Positions 44,264 to 55,781 are shown, counted from the stretch's first letter. The stretch is DNA of 64,000 bases from Diplonema japonicum (GCA_964019335.1 OZ025743.1:248001-312000); one strand, 5' to 3'. Program-made: numbers and translations. The notes: a model not told the origin generated them from the letters alone.

Positions 44264-44734
44264 TTTATTCTTCTTCTTCTTTTTTTTCCTTCTTCTTCTT
44301 ATTTCACTTTTTTTTTTTTTAAATAATTTTTTTTGCTTTTTTTTTTTTTTCCTTCTTTTTTTTTTTTTTTTTTTCCTCCAAAAGACAGCGAACCCGTGTA
44401 AATCTTTTTTTTCTTCTCTCTCTTTTTTTTTTTTTCTGTGTAACGTTGAAAAAAAAACCTCCTTTTTTTTCTTCTTTTTTTTTTTGAAGTAAACTCCTGT
44501 GTAACCAAAGTTTAAAAAAAAAAAAAACGGTAAAAAAAAAAAAAACCCCTTTGGTACCCTCCCTTCTCCCTCTCCCAACAAGGAGCGCCTGTGAATTGCA
44601 GTGATGCTTTTTTTTTTTTGTTTTTTTTGTTTCATTGTTTAAAAAAAAAAAAGTGGGGGGGGTATTGAACTATGTAAGGGAGAGCTCCCCCAACCCACGG
44701 AAGTGGGGAATTTTTTTTTTTTTTTTTTTTTCCT

Positions 44735-46702
44735 TTACCTTTTGAGCTTCAGTGTTTGGACTAAACTCTGCCTCCGCCTTCTGTTATTCATGGGGACATG
44801 GAGAGGTGCCTCCCATGGGAACAGCTCACCAAATACATTGTTATAACCAAGCCACAGGCTCTTATCGTGCTCAGACTCAGGTAGCTTGCCTCGCAGAGTA
44901 GAACGCGCAGCATTCACAACAGGACCAAGCGAGGCTGCCGTCGGGAAGCGAGAGACAAAAGGCCTGACAGGAGCCGCACCATGTTCCGTGAGGAAAGCAA
45001 CAGAGAGAACTTCGTCACACTCAGCTAGGTAGCTGCCCACCTCGAGACCCTTGACCCACGCAGCCTTCTCGTTGTTAAACTTCTGCAGAGCATCTTTGTT
45101 CCTCTTCGCCGCCTTTTCGTACCGAGATAAAATGGCGGAGAATCGAAGTTGGAAGGGAACCCGTTCTATCTTTTCCTTCTCGATTCCCAACGCTGCTTTT
45201 TTACGCCGTTCGGCCTGGACGGCCTTCAGCTCCAAGTGGATGAACAGCATATTATAGATTTGCAGGGTGATCCTCCCCCTCCGAACGCACGCCATATACC
45301 ATCGTTGGATCCGTCTGACCGATTCTGTAAAGGATCGGATCGCCGCTTTGAGTTTTGATGCCTTGGTAAGCTCGGACAGCCAGGATTTGATGAGAAGAGT
45401 TGATCGGATTCGTTTCGCGGTTTTGAACCGCAGGCGCATGGTTATCCTCATGAAGGAGCGGACCATCCACAAGCATCTAGTTTGTTCAAGAGGTGCGCTG
45501 TTGTAGGAGCTTTGTTGCGATAGCTTCCTGTCTACCGTGGTTTCGACTCGTGCGTTGTCTACGGTGGCCATGCCTGATTTTATTTTCACGCCGATGAATT
45601 CTGAGTGGACGGCGAGGACCAGCCAGAGTTGGGTGATCTCTCGAAGCGCGGTTTGTTGTTGTAATAGTTGAGCTCTGTTCGTTTTCTGCTCCACGTCATG
45701 GAGGATCCGTAGCTGTTCGTGTTTGTCAATTTGGTATTTTCTCTCTCTAACTTGGTCGCCCTGTACCGTGCTTTCTTTGAACCTGCCCGGCGACGGCGAT
45801 TGCATCCCCGACAACGGCCGCGATTTTTTTTTCACCACCGCCAAGAATTTTTCAAGTGTGATCGATGTTTTTTGCACCACCGGTTTATCGTTGTTCGGGG
45901 GGTTTTCACGGGGTGTTCGCTTCATCACCCGGCCTTTTCGCCGTTTCTTTCTTCCATCGGGGGTGGTGTCGTCGAACCTGAAACTGCAAATCCCCTTTTG
46001 AAGGCTGCAAAACATGTCATTACACTCGGGTGTAGACACAATTGACGCACGGTCCCTCTTAAGCAGGACACGGAGCACAGACATAATCTGTGTTCTGTGC
46101 TCTGTAAGCCTATTGAGCTCTTCAGTGACAGGCTCATTACTGGTACGCGAGGAATCTGTAGTAAGGTCGTCGTCATGACATGTAGGGAGTGAACTTTGCA
46201 GCTCGCTGATTTTTTTATTTGCTTTTTCAAGACATGGAGACAAGGCTCCCGTCCGTCTAATGCTGTGGTTCGCTTCACAGTACCGTTTTCTAAGCTCTTC
46301 TGTTAGGTGGGACAGGTTTTCTTCCAGAGCGTGAGGTGTGCACAGTGAAGTGGCGGGGGGGGAGAAGGAGTACGCCATAGCATTGCTCAACAGGTCGGAT
46401 GGCAGGAATTCCTTTCTCGTAGAAGGGCTCATAGGGCTTTGCATTCCCGTTTCCAGCAAAGCGCTCCACCCTTGTCGAGTAGGGGGCTCGTCAACACCCG
46501 TCCACCGGTCCCCGTTGTCCAAACGTGCGATGCTGCGCCTCCCCCGTGCCTTCTTCTTCTCCAAATGCCACAGGCCCCATGCCTCCCTGTCAGCTACTGA
46601 GTACCATGCCTTCCCCCTGCGGGCCTTTGTTTTACTTCCGCATTGTTTTGGGGGTCTTGGGGTATATTTTATGTGCGCCTCCTGGAGCCTTGCGTATGGC
46701 AT
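44735..46702 (-). CDS. Hypothetical basic protein, 655 aa, with IQ-like motifs
   Basis: Long ORF flanked by homopolymer-rich non-coding DNA; VRRIQRWYMACVRR resembles an IQ motif. The 3' end AAAG/GTAAAG followed by poly(A) could instead be an intron donor. Confidence 0.7.
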   Translation of the reverse strand: MPYARLQEAHIKYTPRPPKQCGSKTKARRGKAWYSVADREAWGLWHLEKKKARGRRSIARLDNGDRWTGVDEPPTRQGWSALLETGMQSPMSPSTRKEFLPSDLLSNAMAYSFSPPATSLCTPHALEENLSHLTEELRKRYCEANHSIRRTGALSPCLEKANKKISELQSSLPTCHDDDLTTDSSRTSNEPVTEELNRLTEHRTQIMSVLRVLLKRDRASIVSTPECNDMFCSLQKGICSFRFDDTTPDGRKKRRKGRVMKRTPRENPPNNDKPVVQKTSITLEKFLAVVKKKSRPLSGMQSPSPGRFKESTVQGDQVRERKYQIDKHEQLRILHDVEQKTNRAQLLQQQTALREITQLWLVLAVHSEFIGVKIKSGMATVDNARVETTVDRKLSQQSSYNSAPLEQTRCLWMVRSFMRITMRLRFKTAKRIRSTLLIKSWLSELTKASKLKAAIRSFTESVRRIQRWYMACVRRGRITLQIYNMLFIHLELKAVQAERRKKAALGIEKEKIERVPFQLRFSAILSRYEKAAKRNKDALQKFNNEKAAWVKGLEVGSYLAECDEVLSVAFLTEHGAAPVRPFVSRFPTAASLGPVVNAARSTLRGKLPESEHDKSLWLGYNNVFGELFPWEAPLHVPMNNRRRRQSLVQTLKLKR

Positions 46703-46899
46703 TGCATAGTGTTGTTAACCTCCCCTTCTCTCTGGGGGGGGGGGGGGGTTTTAATTTCTTATGAAAGAGAGGAGGGAAATGAAACATACAATGAAAGGAG
46801 GTTTATTAAGATTATTTTTAACTGAAGAAGAAACTCAAAGTACAGGACAAGCCCCCGCTAGAGGGCCGCCCTATGGGAGGGGGGGGGGGGGGGGGGGGG

Positions 46900-47411
46900 G
46901 ATCTGTTAATACTCCCCTTCTGGAGCATTGCTTTCATCCCGATTGTGGCTGTGAGCGTCTTGTGGAGTCGTGTGATGCGGTCCCGCTTGTAGGCTGCCTT
47001 CAAATCCATCAGCTTGTCGTGCGTGGACTGGGTAGCAAAAATGGGCCTCCTGGAGAAGCCTATAGCTGCCTTTCCTCCTATGGCGATGAGGGACTTCACC
47101 CTTTTCTGCTCATCCGCTGGGAAGGGGCGTCGCTTCTTCCGTGCCCTGCACGCTGTGTTTATCTTTACGATTAGGGCCTTGATTCTGCGTGCCCTATCTT
47201 CCAGCAGGCTTCCTAATGATTTACCGGTCGTCCATTCGAAGTCAATGGCTAGCTCCACCGCCGACACCTCCGAGGTGGTGTCCTTCTCCACCCAGCGCAG
47301 CTGTGACAACCATTGTAGCAGCGGGTTCAGGTACTGGGACAGGACCCCACTCACTCCTTCGAGCTCGCCTGCCAAGAAAAAAAGATTTCCGGGCCTTTGA
47401 ATGTGCGACAA
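46900..47411 (-). mobile_element. Possible 5'-truncated non-LTR retrotransposon remnant
   Basis: WLSQLRW...VSAVELAIDFEWTTG resembles, from memory, C-terminal segments of protist LINE ORFs. No RT domain is present, and the ORF runs into homopolymer DNA. Confidence 0.3.
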
Positions 47412-47548
47412 TGGGGGGGGGTCTAAAAAAGCTCGAAATTCGTGTTTTTTTTCAGAAAACGCACTTCTGGGTAAATTTACACACTCACGAACGAATTTGG
47501 CCTAATTTCGATCCCCCCCCCCCCCCCCCCCTCCCTCCCTCCCTCCCC

Positions 47549-47999
47549 TAGGGCTATGTTGGCAGGAAACGGGGAAACGTTGTACTTAAGGAAACGCGTT
47601 TCCTTCTCAAGAGGGAAACGTGGTCCCTTCTTAAAGGAAACGGGCCCCCAAAATAAGGAAACGTTTTCCGTATTCGTTTCCTTATAATAAGTTATTTTCA
47701 AAAAAAAAAAAAAAAATAACGCTCTATATTCGCTAAGTGACCCACCAGAACCCGCATTTTGAAGAGCTAAAAAAATTTCTAATTGCTTTTTCTAGGGCTG
47801 GAATGGATTTATTTGCGTCCGGGCCCAATGTTCGACATATGGATTTTGAAAAAAAAATTCAATGAACCTTTGGGCATTTTTGACATTTTTTCCCCTATAG
47901 CCCCCTATAACCCCTTTGGGACATAGGGCGGGTCACTTAGCGAATATGGAGCGTAAATAAAAAAACTTGGAAACGCATTTCCTTGCCAACATAGCCCTG
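47549..47999. mobile_element. MITE-like element family A (TIR TAGGGCTATG(T/C)TGGCA-GGAAA)
   Basis: Left end tagggctatgttggcaggaaa at 47549; right end tttccttgccaacatagccct at ~47978-47998; internal GGAAACG / CGTTTCC subrepeats; second copy at 51271-51444. Confidence 0.75.
47719..47954. mobile_element. MITE-like element family B nested inside family A
   Basis: 25-bp TIR acgctctatattcgctaagtgaccc (47719-47743) vs gggtcacttagcgaatatggagcgt (47930-47954), 1 mismatch. Confidence 0.75.
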
Positions 48000-48142
48000 G
48001 GGGGGGGGGGGGGGGGGGGAGTGTCCTTGGGGAGGAATCACATTACTTTTTTTTTCTCTTGCCCTCCACCAAGTCATCTGTGAAAATCTTTTTTTGAAAA
48101 AAAAAAAAAAGAAAGCATCGCATCGAGAAAGTGTTTCATTCA

Positions 48143-48173
<31 letters not shown>

Positions 48174-48210
48174 TTTTTTGTTCTTACAAAGAAAACTAAG
48201 TGTACTACCC

Positions 48211-48492
48211 TCAGCGGGATTTTTTGATCTTTCGCAAGGCATGGGAGAGTGTTGATAATTTTGTCTTGTATGCATCAGTGGCATGGGAGAGAGAGTCGGT
48301 GAGGTTGATGTGCTGCTCCGTGAGTGTGTCGATCACACTCTTCATGTTGTTGCGCTCCAACTCCGATTGGGTGAAAAGGCTTTCGAACTTTTTTTTTTTT
48401 TTTCCTTCCCCTTCCTTCTGAAATACCTCTTGTTTTCGACTTATTTCCTCCCTCAGTTCTGCCGCAAGGTTCTCTATCTGAGTTCTGTGATG

Positions 48493-48541
<49 letters not shown>

Positions 48542-50739
48542 GGTTTGTTGCCGAACACATACCCTGCTGCTGTTTTTTCCTCTTCCAAGGTCTCCAAAGC
48601 TTGTTCCAGTGCTTTTTTATTCTGTTCTGCCTCGTTCTTGAGCTGTGCCAGCTCGACGGGGTTCGTTTGCCCCTTGACCACCGACTCTAGCTGGGCCTGT
48701 AGGTCTGCCAGCTCCTCCTTGTAGCTGGCTGCAGACATCAGTTGTGTCTTTCGCAAAGTCTCGTTTTCTGCCTCCAAGTCCTGGCACATCTCGGCCCTTC
48801 GTTCTTGTTCTTCATCAACCTTCACTGTCTGTTCTTTCATCTCGCTGATGTTTTGATCCAGCTTTTCCTGAACGGCAGCGAGCTGATCTGAGGTGTCCTG
48901 GTTCACCCCCTCCAAACGTTCCCTGTCTTCCTCCAGGATGCTTGTTTGACGCTGTGCTGCCTCCAGTTCGGCTGTAAGGCTGTTGATCTTTTCCGTGTTG
49001 GCTTCTATCTCTCTTGCGTGGGTTTCGTCCGTCTTCGCTTGCTTCTCGTCGTTCTGCTGCTGCAGGTTTTCAACTTTTTCCGTTAGGCTCTCGTTTGCGT
49101 CCTTCAGGTTTTTAACTTCCTCTGCGAGGCTCTCTCTTGCACCCTTCAGCTCGTCGTTTTGTTGCTGCAGGTTTTCAACCTCCTCCGCGAGGTTCTCGTT
49201 TGCGTCCTTCAGCTCGCCGCTCTGCTGTTGCAGGTTTTCGACGTCCTTTGTGAGGCTTTCTCCCGCATCCTTCAGCTCGTCGTTCTGCTGCTGCAGGTTT
49301 TCGATTTCCTCCGTGAGGTATTGTTGTTCAATTTTTAGTTTGTCGGCCGCCGCTTGGTTCTCGCTGAACTGCTGTTGCATATCGTCCAGATTTTTCAGTT
49401 TCGCACGCAGAGCTTTCACTTCGTTAGCTAGCTCGGTGTTTGTGGCCCCTGCCTGCTGTGATGCTGCTAACTTCTCTTCGAGCTGCTGGTTGGCATCGTG
49501 CAGGGATGCGGTTTCTTCACGTGCCTTCTCCAACTCGTCAGCCAGCTGTTTTTTCTGCCTGTGAGCATCATCGAGGTCAACGGTGAGAGTGTTCACCTTC
49601 TGCTCCTGAGTGGAACTGTGCCCCAAGAGGTCTGCTTGCAGCGTCTCAATAGTGCCTTTCAAGCTTGCGATGGTCAGCTCGTGTTGTGCGATGGCGTGAA
49701 GACTGCTTTCGATGGTGTTGTCTTTCTCCGCAACAGCATTCTGCAGCGCGTTTAGTTGTTTGGCCTCGCCGTCCTTCTCGAGCAGTTGTTGCTCGAAGGT
49801 TTTGAGTCGTGACCGTGTTCCTTCAAGCTCCGCAGCGACATCTTTTGCGTCGTCGAGCTCTTTACGCAGGTTGAGTAGTTCCTCTGTGGTTGGCATGTTT
49901 TTGGTGATGATCTCGAGGTGTTCGGAGGTCTTGTCTTCGGATTGCAGCAGCTGCTCGCGGAGCGCTTGGATCTCAACGATTTGGTGTTTCACCCGCGTGA
50001 CGTGGACGAAGGCGCGGAAGGTGGAGAAGTACCGCCCGCGAAGCGAATCACGCACAGCATCACGCAGTTGCAGCACCCGCCCTGTTATCACACGACGGCG
50101 CTGCGATATAAGAAAATGACCCACAAGATAACAAAAGTAACGCTTCCGCAAACAGAAATCCACCGTGTCATCGAAATCAACAACAGAAAGGTGGGAAGCA
50201 GATGCACCTCCAGATGTTGGTAAGGGAGAGGATGTGTTTGTTCCCCTTGTGGAGAAGTGTTTCAAGGGGGCGGGGCTGACCATCACTGTGGGGCTGGGTT
50301 GTGCAGGATAAGCCTGCTGGATCTGTGTTTTGAGTTTCCGATATTTTGCCAGAAGTTCTCTTCTCTTGGTCTTTTGGCTGCCGCAGTTGTACCTCAGCTC
50401 GGAGCTTTCTTGCTCCACTCGCCGCAGGACGTTGAGTTGGTTTTTGTACAATTCCATCAGATCCTGCTTCTCGCGGACCTCTCTCTCGTAGTCGGCTTCC
50501 ATGTTTTTTATCTTTGTGTCCCATAGCTTCTCTCGTTCTTGCATGTCTTGTGTTGCCTCCTTGAGACGCCGCCTGGCACGCTCCGCGTCCTGCTCCAGCA
50601 GCGAGCTGTATTTCATGTACTCCTCCCTCCTCGGCGAGGGCTCCCTTCCGGGACTGTATCCTCCGCTTGTCCTGCTGTCCATTCTCGTCAGCCGCATGCT
50701 TCCAAATGTCGAAGTTCCTCTGAAACCGTCCTCCGACAT
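48211..50739 (-). CDS. Long coiled-coil protein with 1-2 in-frame poly(A) introns near the 3' end
   Basis: Heptad-rich E/Q/K/L sequence. Intron 48562-48485 (GTATGT...CAG, 78 nt); probable intron 48426-48361 (GTATTT..., acceptor uncertain). The poly-Lys runs in the ORF track are intronic. Confidence 0.8.
49040..49320 (-). repeat. Coding tandem repeat, ~63 nt (21 aa: EEVENLQQQNDELKDANESLA)
   Basis: 4-5 degenerate copies visible in both translation and DNA. Confidence 0.85.
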
Positions 50740-50825
50740 TTTTTTTTGTTGTTGGTGTTTGTTTCCTTTTTTTTTTTTTTTTTTTTTTTTCCCTATATTT
50801 TAGTCCTGCGGCGGGGGAGGGGGTA

Positions 50826-51270
50826 GGGGGGGGTCATATGGTCCTTAAAAAGGGCCACTTTTTGCCCTTTTTCAGGCTCTTCGCCAAGGGCATTTTTTGA
50901 GCCCTTAAGAAAACTGTAACCACCCCAAAAGTGCCCACAAATCACCCAAACCCCCGTTTCCCGATGGTTTCCGGCCCCAGAAGTGCCCAGAATCATGTTC
51001 TAATTTTGGGGCCCCCGTTTGGTACTTTCCCTATGTAATCCTAGGGAACATAAAATAGGGGCCCCTAGGATTACATAGGGAAAGTACCAAACGGGGGCCC
51101 CAAAATTAGAACATGATTCTGGGCACTTCTGGGGCCGGAAACCATCGGGAAACGGGGGTTTGGGTGATTTGTGGGCACTTTTGGGGTGGTTACAGTTTTC
51201 TTAAGGGCCAAAATGCCCTTGGCGAAGAGCCTGAAAAAGGGCAAATAACGACCCCCTTATGACCCCCCCC
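50826..51270. repeat. Long palindrome / fold-back element, ~185-bp near-perfect arms and ~16-nt loop
   Basis: ~50860-51046 is the reverse complement of ~51063-51245; the outer gggggggtcata and tatgacccccccc also pair. Confidence 0.9.
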
Positions 51271-51444
51271 TAGGGCTATGCTGGCATGGAAACGCGTTTC
51301 CATGCATTTTTTGAAAAAAAGGGAAACGGAAACGGAAACGGAAACGTTTCCTTATGTTTCCTTAAGAAGGAAACGCGTTTCCATAAGAATTTTGAAAAGT
51401 ATGGAAACGGAAACGTTTCCACGTTTCCTGCCAGCATAGCCCTA
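51271..51444. mobile_element. MITE-like element family A, short copy
   Basis: Perfect 16-bp TIR tagggctatgctggca ... tgccagcatagcccta; internal GGAAAC arrays. Confidence 0.8.
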
Positions 51445-52314
51445 GGGGGGGGGGGGCTTGCGACGAGGGGGGCAATTTCTTTTTTTTTTCTCGTCAAGAT
51501 GTACACAGGCAAATGGAACCCCATACACGAAGTACGAGTAGAGGAGACAGAGGAGGGGTTTCTCAACGCGATTCGATGCCAGACCACTACAAAAGTAGGA
51601 GCAAGAAGAAGTTCACCAGCACAGACGGATTGCAACGGCATGAAGACGAGCGGTGGAAGCAGCAGTAGCAAGACACAAGGTATGACAGAAGATATGGTCA
51701 ATCTCCCCTACCTTCTTAACACCCTCCTAAATGCAGAAAAAAAAGAAAAAAAAAAGAGAGGGGAGGGAGGGGGGGTGACAGGAAATAAATAAAATAAAAA
51801 TAAAAAAGACTTTTTTTCCCCCACCAACGAGGGGGGGAAAAAAATAAGAGATAAAGAAGTGTTGGTGGCGCTCTGCAATCACCTTCTACTTAATTCCCTT
51901 TTAAAAAAAGGGGGGGGGAAGGGGGCGTTTCCTTTCGTATGCAGGCCCCTTCCTTTCCCCCCCCCCCTTTCCCTTTTTTTCAATTGTATTTACCTCTCGT
52001 AGCCCCTCTCACCCCTTTCTTTTTTTTATTTGTTTCCACTATGTTCCCCCCTCCCCCCCTGCCTCCCCACTATTGAGGGGGAAAAAGGGGGGGGGGGGGG
52101 GGGAAATACAAAAAATAACGAAAAAAGAGGAAAGATTAAACTTTTTTTTTCATAAAAATTATTCAAAAAAAAAGGGGGGGTGGTAAAAAAAAAAAAAGTA
52201 ATGGGGCGAAAAGAAACAAGGATCCACCTCAGTAGCCCTTCGGTTATGCCCTTGGCTCAGTTCTTTTACTTTTTTCTGCGGGAGGGGGGAGAGGGGGTAC
52301 AATTGTGGAAAAAC

Positions 52315-52356
<42 letters not shown>

Positions 52357-52402
52357 TCAATTTCTTTTTTATACACTCGAAAGAAAGAAGAAGGGTAAAG
52401 GG

Positions 52403-52440
<38 letters not shown>

Positions 52441-52449
52441 ACCCGATGT

Positions 52450-54451
52450 CTATTCAAATTCGATTAGGACCTGCTCGTCCTGAATAGTGTCCCCAGCCTT
52501 AATGTGGACAGCCTTCACAACCCCATCGATCTGGGAAAGAAGCGACTGCTGCATCTTCATGGCCTCAAGGATAAGCAGCTCCGACCCAGAGTTGATTGTC
52601 TGTCCCACTTCCACAGCAACCTTCACCACTGCCCCGGGCATGGGCGCAATAAGCATCTTGGAGGTGTCGATCACCTTAGGAGGCGGCCTGCAATTTTTTT
52701 TTTTCTTTTTCTCCCCAGCCAACATACATGATCGGCTCCAGCTCTGCCTGAAGCTCGCTGAGCACCTTCACGGTGTAAGGCGTACCGATGTACTGCACTC
52801 TGTAGTTCATCTCGTCAGCTGAGGACAGGTGCTGGAAGGCCTCCCTCGCAGTCTCAACCCCGTTCACGGAAACCTCGGTGCGGAAGACAGGCTGCCTGAT
52901 ACCCCACTCCACGTTCGAGAGCACAACCTTTTTTTTTTTTTTTTTTTTTTTTTCCCCTCCAAACCTCATCGTCGCCAATGTTAACGGTAAAGGTAGTGCC
53001 GTCCTGCTTCACAGTCACATTGGACACCTCTTCGTTAAGCGTGGTGATCGATGTCGACTCCACAGCATGGTTCTTCGTTGTTTTGGAGTTTTCGTACATA
53101 TGACGCATAACAGCGGCAGTAGCGATAACCTTAAGAGACTCCGATGGGGAAAGCTGGTGCCCTGCGAAGCCCTCAGGGTACTCCTGGGGGAGGTAGTTGG
53201 TAGAAATATCACCCGACCTGTACGTCTCCGAGGTGAGCACATCTCTCAAAAGCGTGATGTTGTGCCCCACACCCCTCACCACATAGTCATCAAGCGCAAG
53301 GTTCATCTTGTCAATGCACTCATCACGAGTCTCAGCGTGCGTGATAAGCTTGCAGATCATAGGGTCGTAGTAGACAGAAATCTCTGAACCTTCAGTAATC
53401 CCGGAGTCGATTCTGACACCGTCACCCTTGGGCTCGACGTACCTGTTCAGGTGTCCGATGGAAGGGGCGTAGTTTCTGGTAGGGTCTTCAGCGTATACCC
53501 TGCATTCTGTAGCCCATCCGTTGATCTTCACCTCGTCTTGTTTAACAGATAGTTCGAGTCCTCTGGCTGCTCTCATCATTTGTTCGACAAGGTCGAGGCC
53601 TGTGATTTCCTCTGTGATCGGGTGCTCGACTTGGAGCCTGGTGTTCATTTCGAGGAAGTAGAAATTCTTCCTGGGATCGACAAGCATCTCAACTGTACCT
53701 GCGGTGTGGTAGTTGACAGATCTTGCGAGGGCTGCGGCTTGTTCGCCCATGGCTTGTCTTGTGGCGGGGTCGATGAAGGATGATGGAGCTTCTTCAATAA
53801 CCTTTTGGTTCCTTCTTTGAATGGAACACTCCCTTTCAGGAAGGTATACAACGTTTCCTAGCTTGTCTCCGATGACCTGGATCTCAATGTGTCGGGGGTT
53901 GTCGATGAACTTTTCCACGAGCATTCGGTCGTCGCCGAAGGATGAAATGGCTTCTCTTTTCGCGGCGTCCCATTCAACATCGGCTTGTTCCTTGTTCCAT
54001 GCAATTCTCATCCCCTTACCACCGCCTCCCGCGGAGGCCTTGATCATGATGGGGTAGCCGATGAGCTCAGCGACCTCGAACATTCTCTCCTTGGACTCGA
54101 TCTCGCCGTCGACGCCCGGGATGCAGGAGACGCCGGCTTCCTTTGCGAGAAGCTTCGACTGAATCTTGTCGCCCATGGCCGCGATGGCGGTGTGGGTGGG
54201 CCCGATGAACTCGACGCCTTGCGCCTGCAGCGCCTGCGAGAACTCAGCGTTTTCACTCAGGAAACCGTACCTGAACGGTGTGGTTGGAAGAAAAAAAAAG
54301 TTTTTTTTTTTTTTATACCCCGGGTGCACTGCGTCTGCTCCAGTGTCCTTGCATGCCTGAAGGATGCGGTCCATACGGAGGTAGGAGTCCCTTGAAGGTG
54401 CTGCCCCAACGTGAACAGCCTCGTCGGCCATTTGAACGTGTTTGGAGTGCT

Positions 54452-54482
<31 letters not shown>

Positions 54483-54694
54483 CTTTTATAACATACCTGG
54501 TCAGGGGTGGAGTACAGTGCCACCGTCTTGATGCCCAGCCTCTGGCAGGTCTCCATCACCCTGCACGCGATCTCGCCTCTGTTGGCGATCAGGACCTTGT
54601 CGAAGTAATGCCTGTCGCTGACGATCTCCACCTTCCCCCTTATCTGTGCCTTCAGCACCATCGCATTGCGGAGGCCCTGCGCCGCCCTTCTCAT
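52450..54694 (-). CDS. PCCA: Propionyl-CoA carboxylase alpha subunit (biotin carboxylase-BT-BCCP), probably mitochondrial; 4 introns
   Basis: [69 protein letters not shown] biotin site. Introns 54496-54450, 54318-54271, 52964-52928 and 52727-52688 restore the frame and motifs. Confidence 0.9.
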
Positions 54695-54859
54695 TGTTTT
54701 TTTTTTTTTTTTTTCCTTCTTTCTTTTTTTTTTTTTTTTTGGCGAAGAAAACCAAAGAAATGAAAAAAACCTGAAAAAAAAAACCAAAGAAAAATAATAT
54801 AAAAAAAAAAAAACAAAAAAAAAAAAAAACAAAAAAAAAAAAAACACTTCACCGTAGTC

Positions 54860-55535
<676 letters not shown>

Positions 55536-55781
55536 CTACAGTAATAAAGGTTTTTTTTCTTTAGCTCCCCTTCTCCCCCCCCACTCGGGGTGCGTTTTTT
55601 TTTGGGGGGGGGGGCTGGGGAAAAAAAAACATCAAAAAAATATGGGGAGGGCGAAAAAAAAAATGAAAACAAACAAAAAAAAATTGGGATGGAACAATAA
55701 AAAAAAACACTGATATCAAAATATAATTTATCCCCCCCTAAAAAAAATCAACACCCTCCTTTTTTTTTTCTTCCCGCCACC

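Noticed and set aside
17-44213. Roughly 200 short ORFs in the track on the plus strand and in alternative minus frames
   Set aside because: They are antisense or off-frame shadows of the GC-rich megasynthetase frame, recur with the A-domain repeats, and have no recognisable motifs.
1-44263. Bacterial contaminant origin of the NRPS region
   Set aside because: There is no Shine-Dalgarno sequence or operon context. The start has the same A-rich leader as neighbouring eukaryotic genes and the same orientation, and it grades into the same homopolymer-rich spacer.
44229-44734. Poly-Phe and poly-Lys ORFs in homopolymer regions (also 47.9-48.2 kb, 52.1-52.5 kb, 54.7-55.7 kb, 56.8-57.3 kb)
   Set aside because: These are translations of intergenic T, A, G and C runs.
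51286-51430. GGAAAC repeats as a CRISPR array or telomere
   Set aside because: They are short subterminal repeats inside a TIR element, with no repeat-spacer periodicity and no cas genes.
51286-51792. 168-aa plus-strand ORF
   Set aside because: It starts inside a MITE, crosses G and T runs, ends in an A-run and has no recognisable domain. The 51500-51730 core is unexplained, but nothing supports it as a gene.
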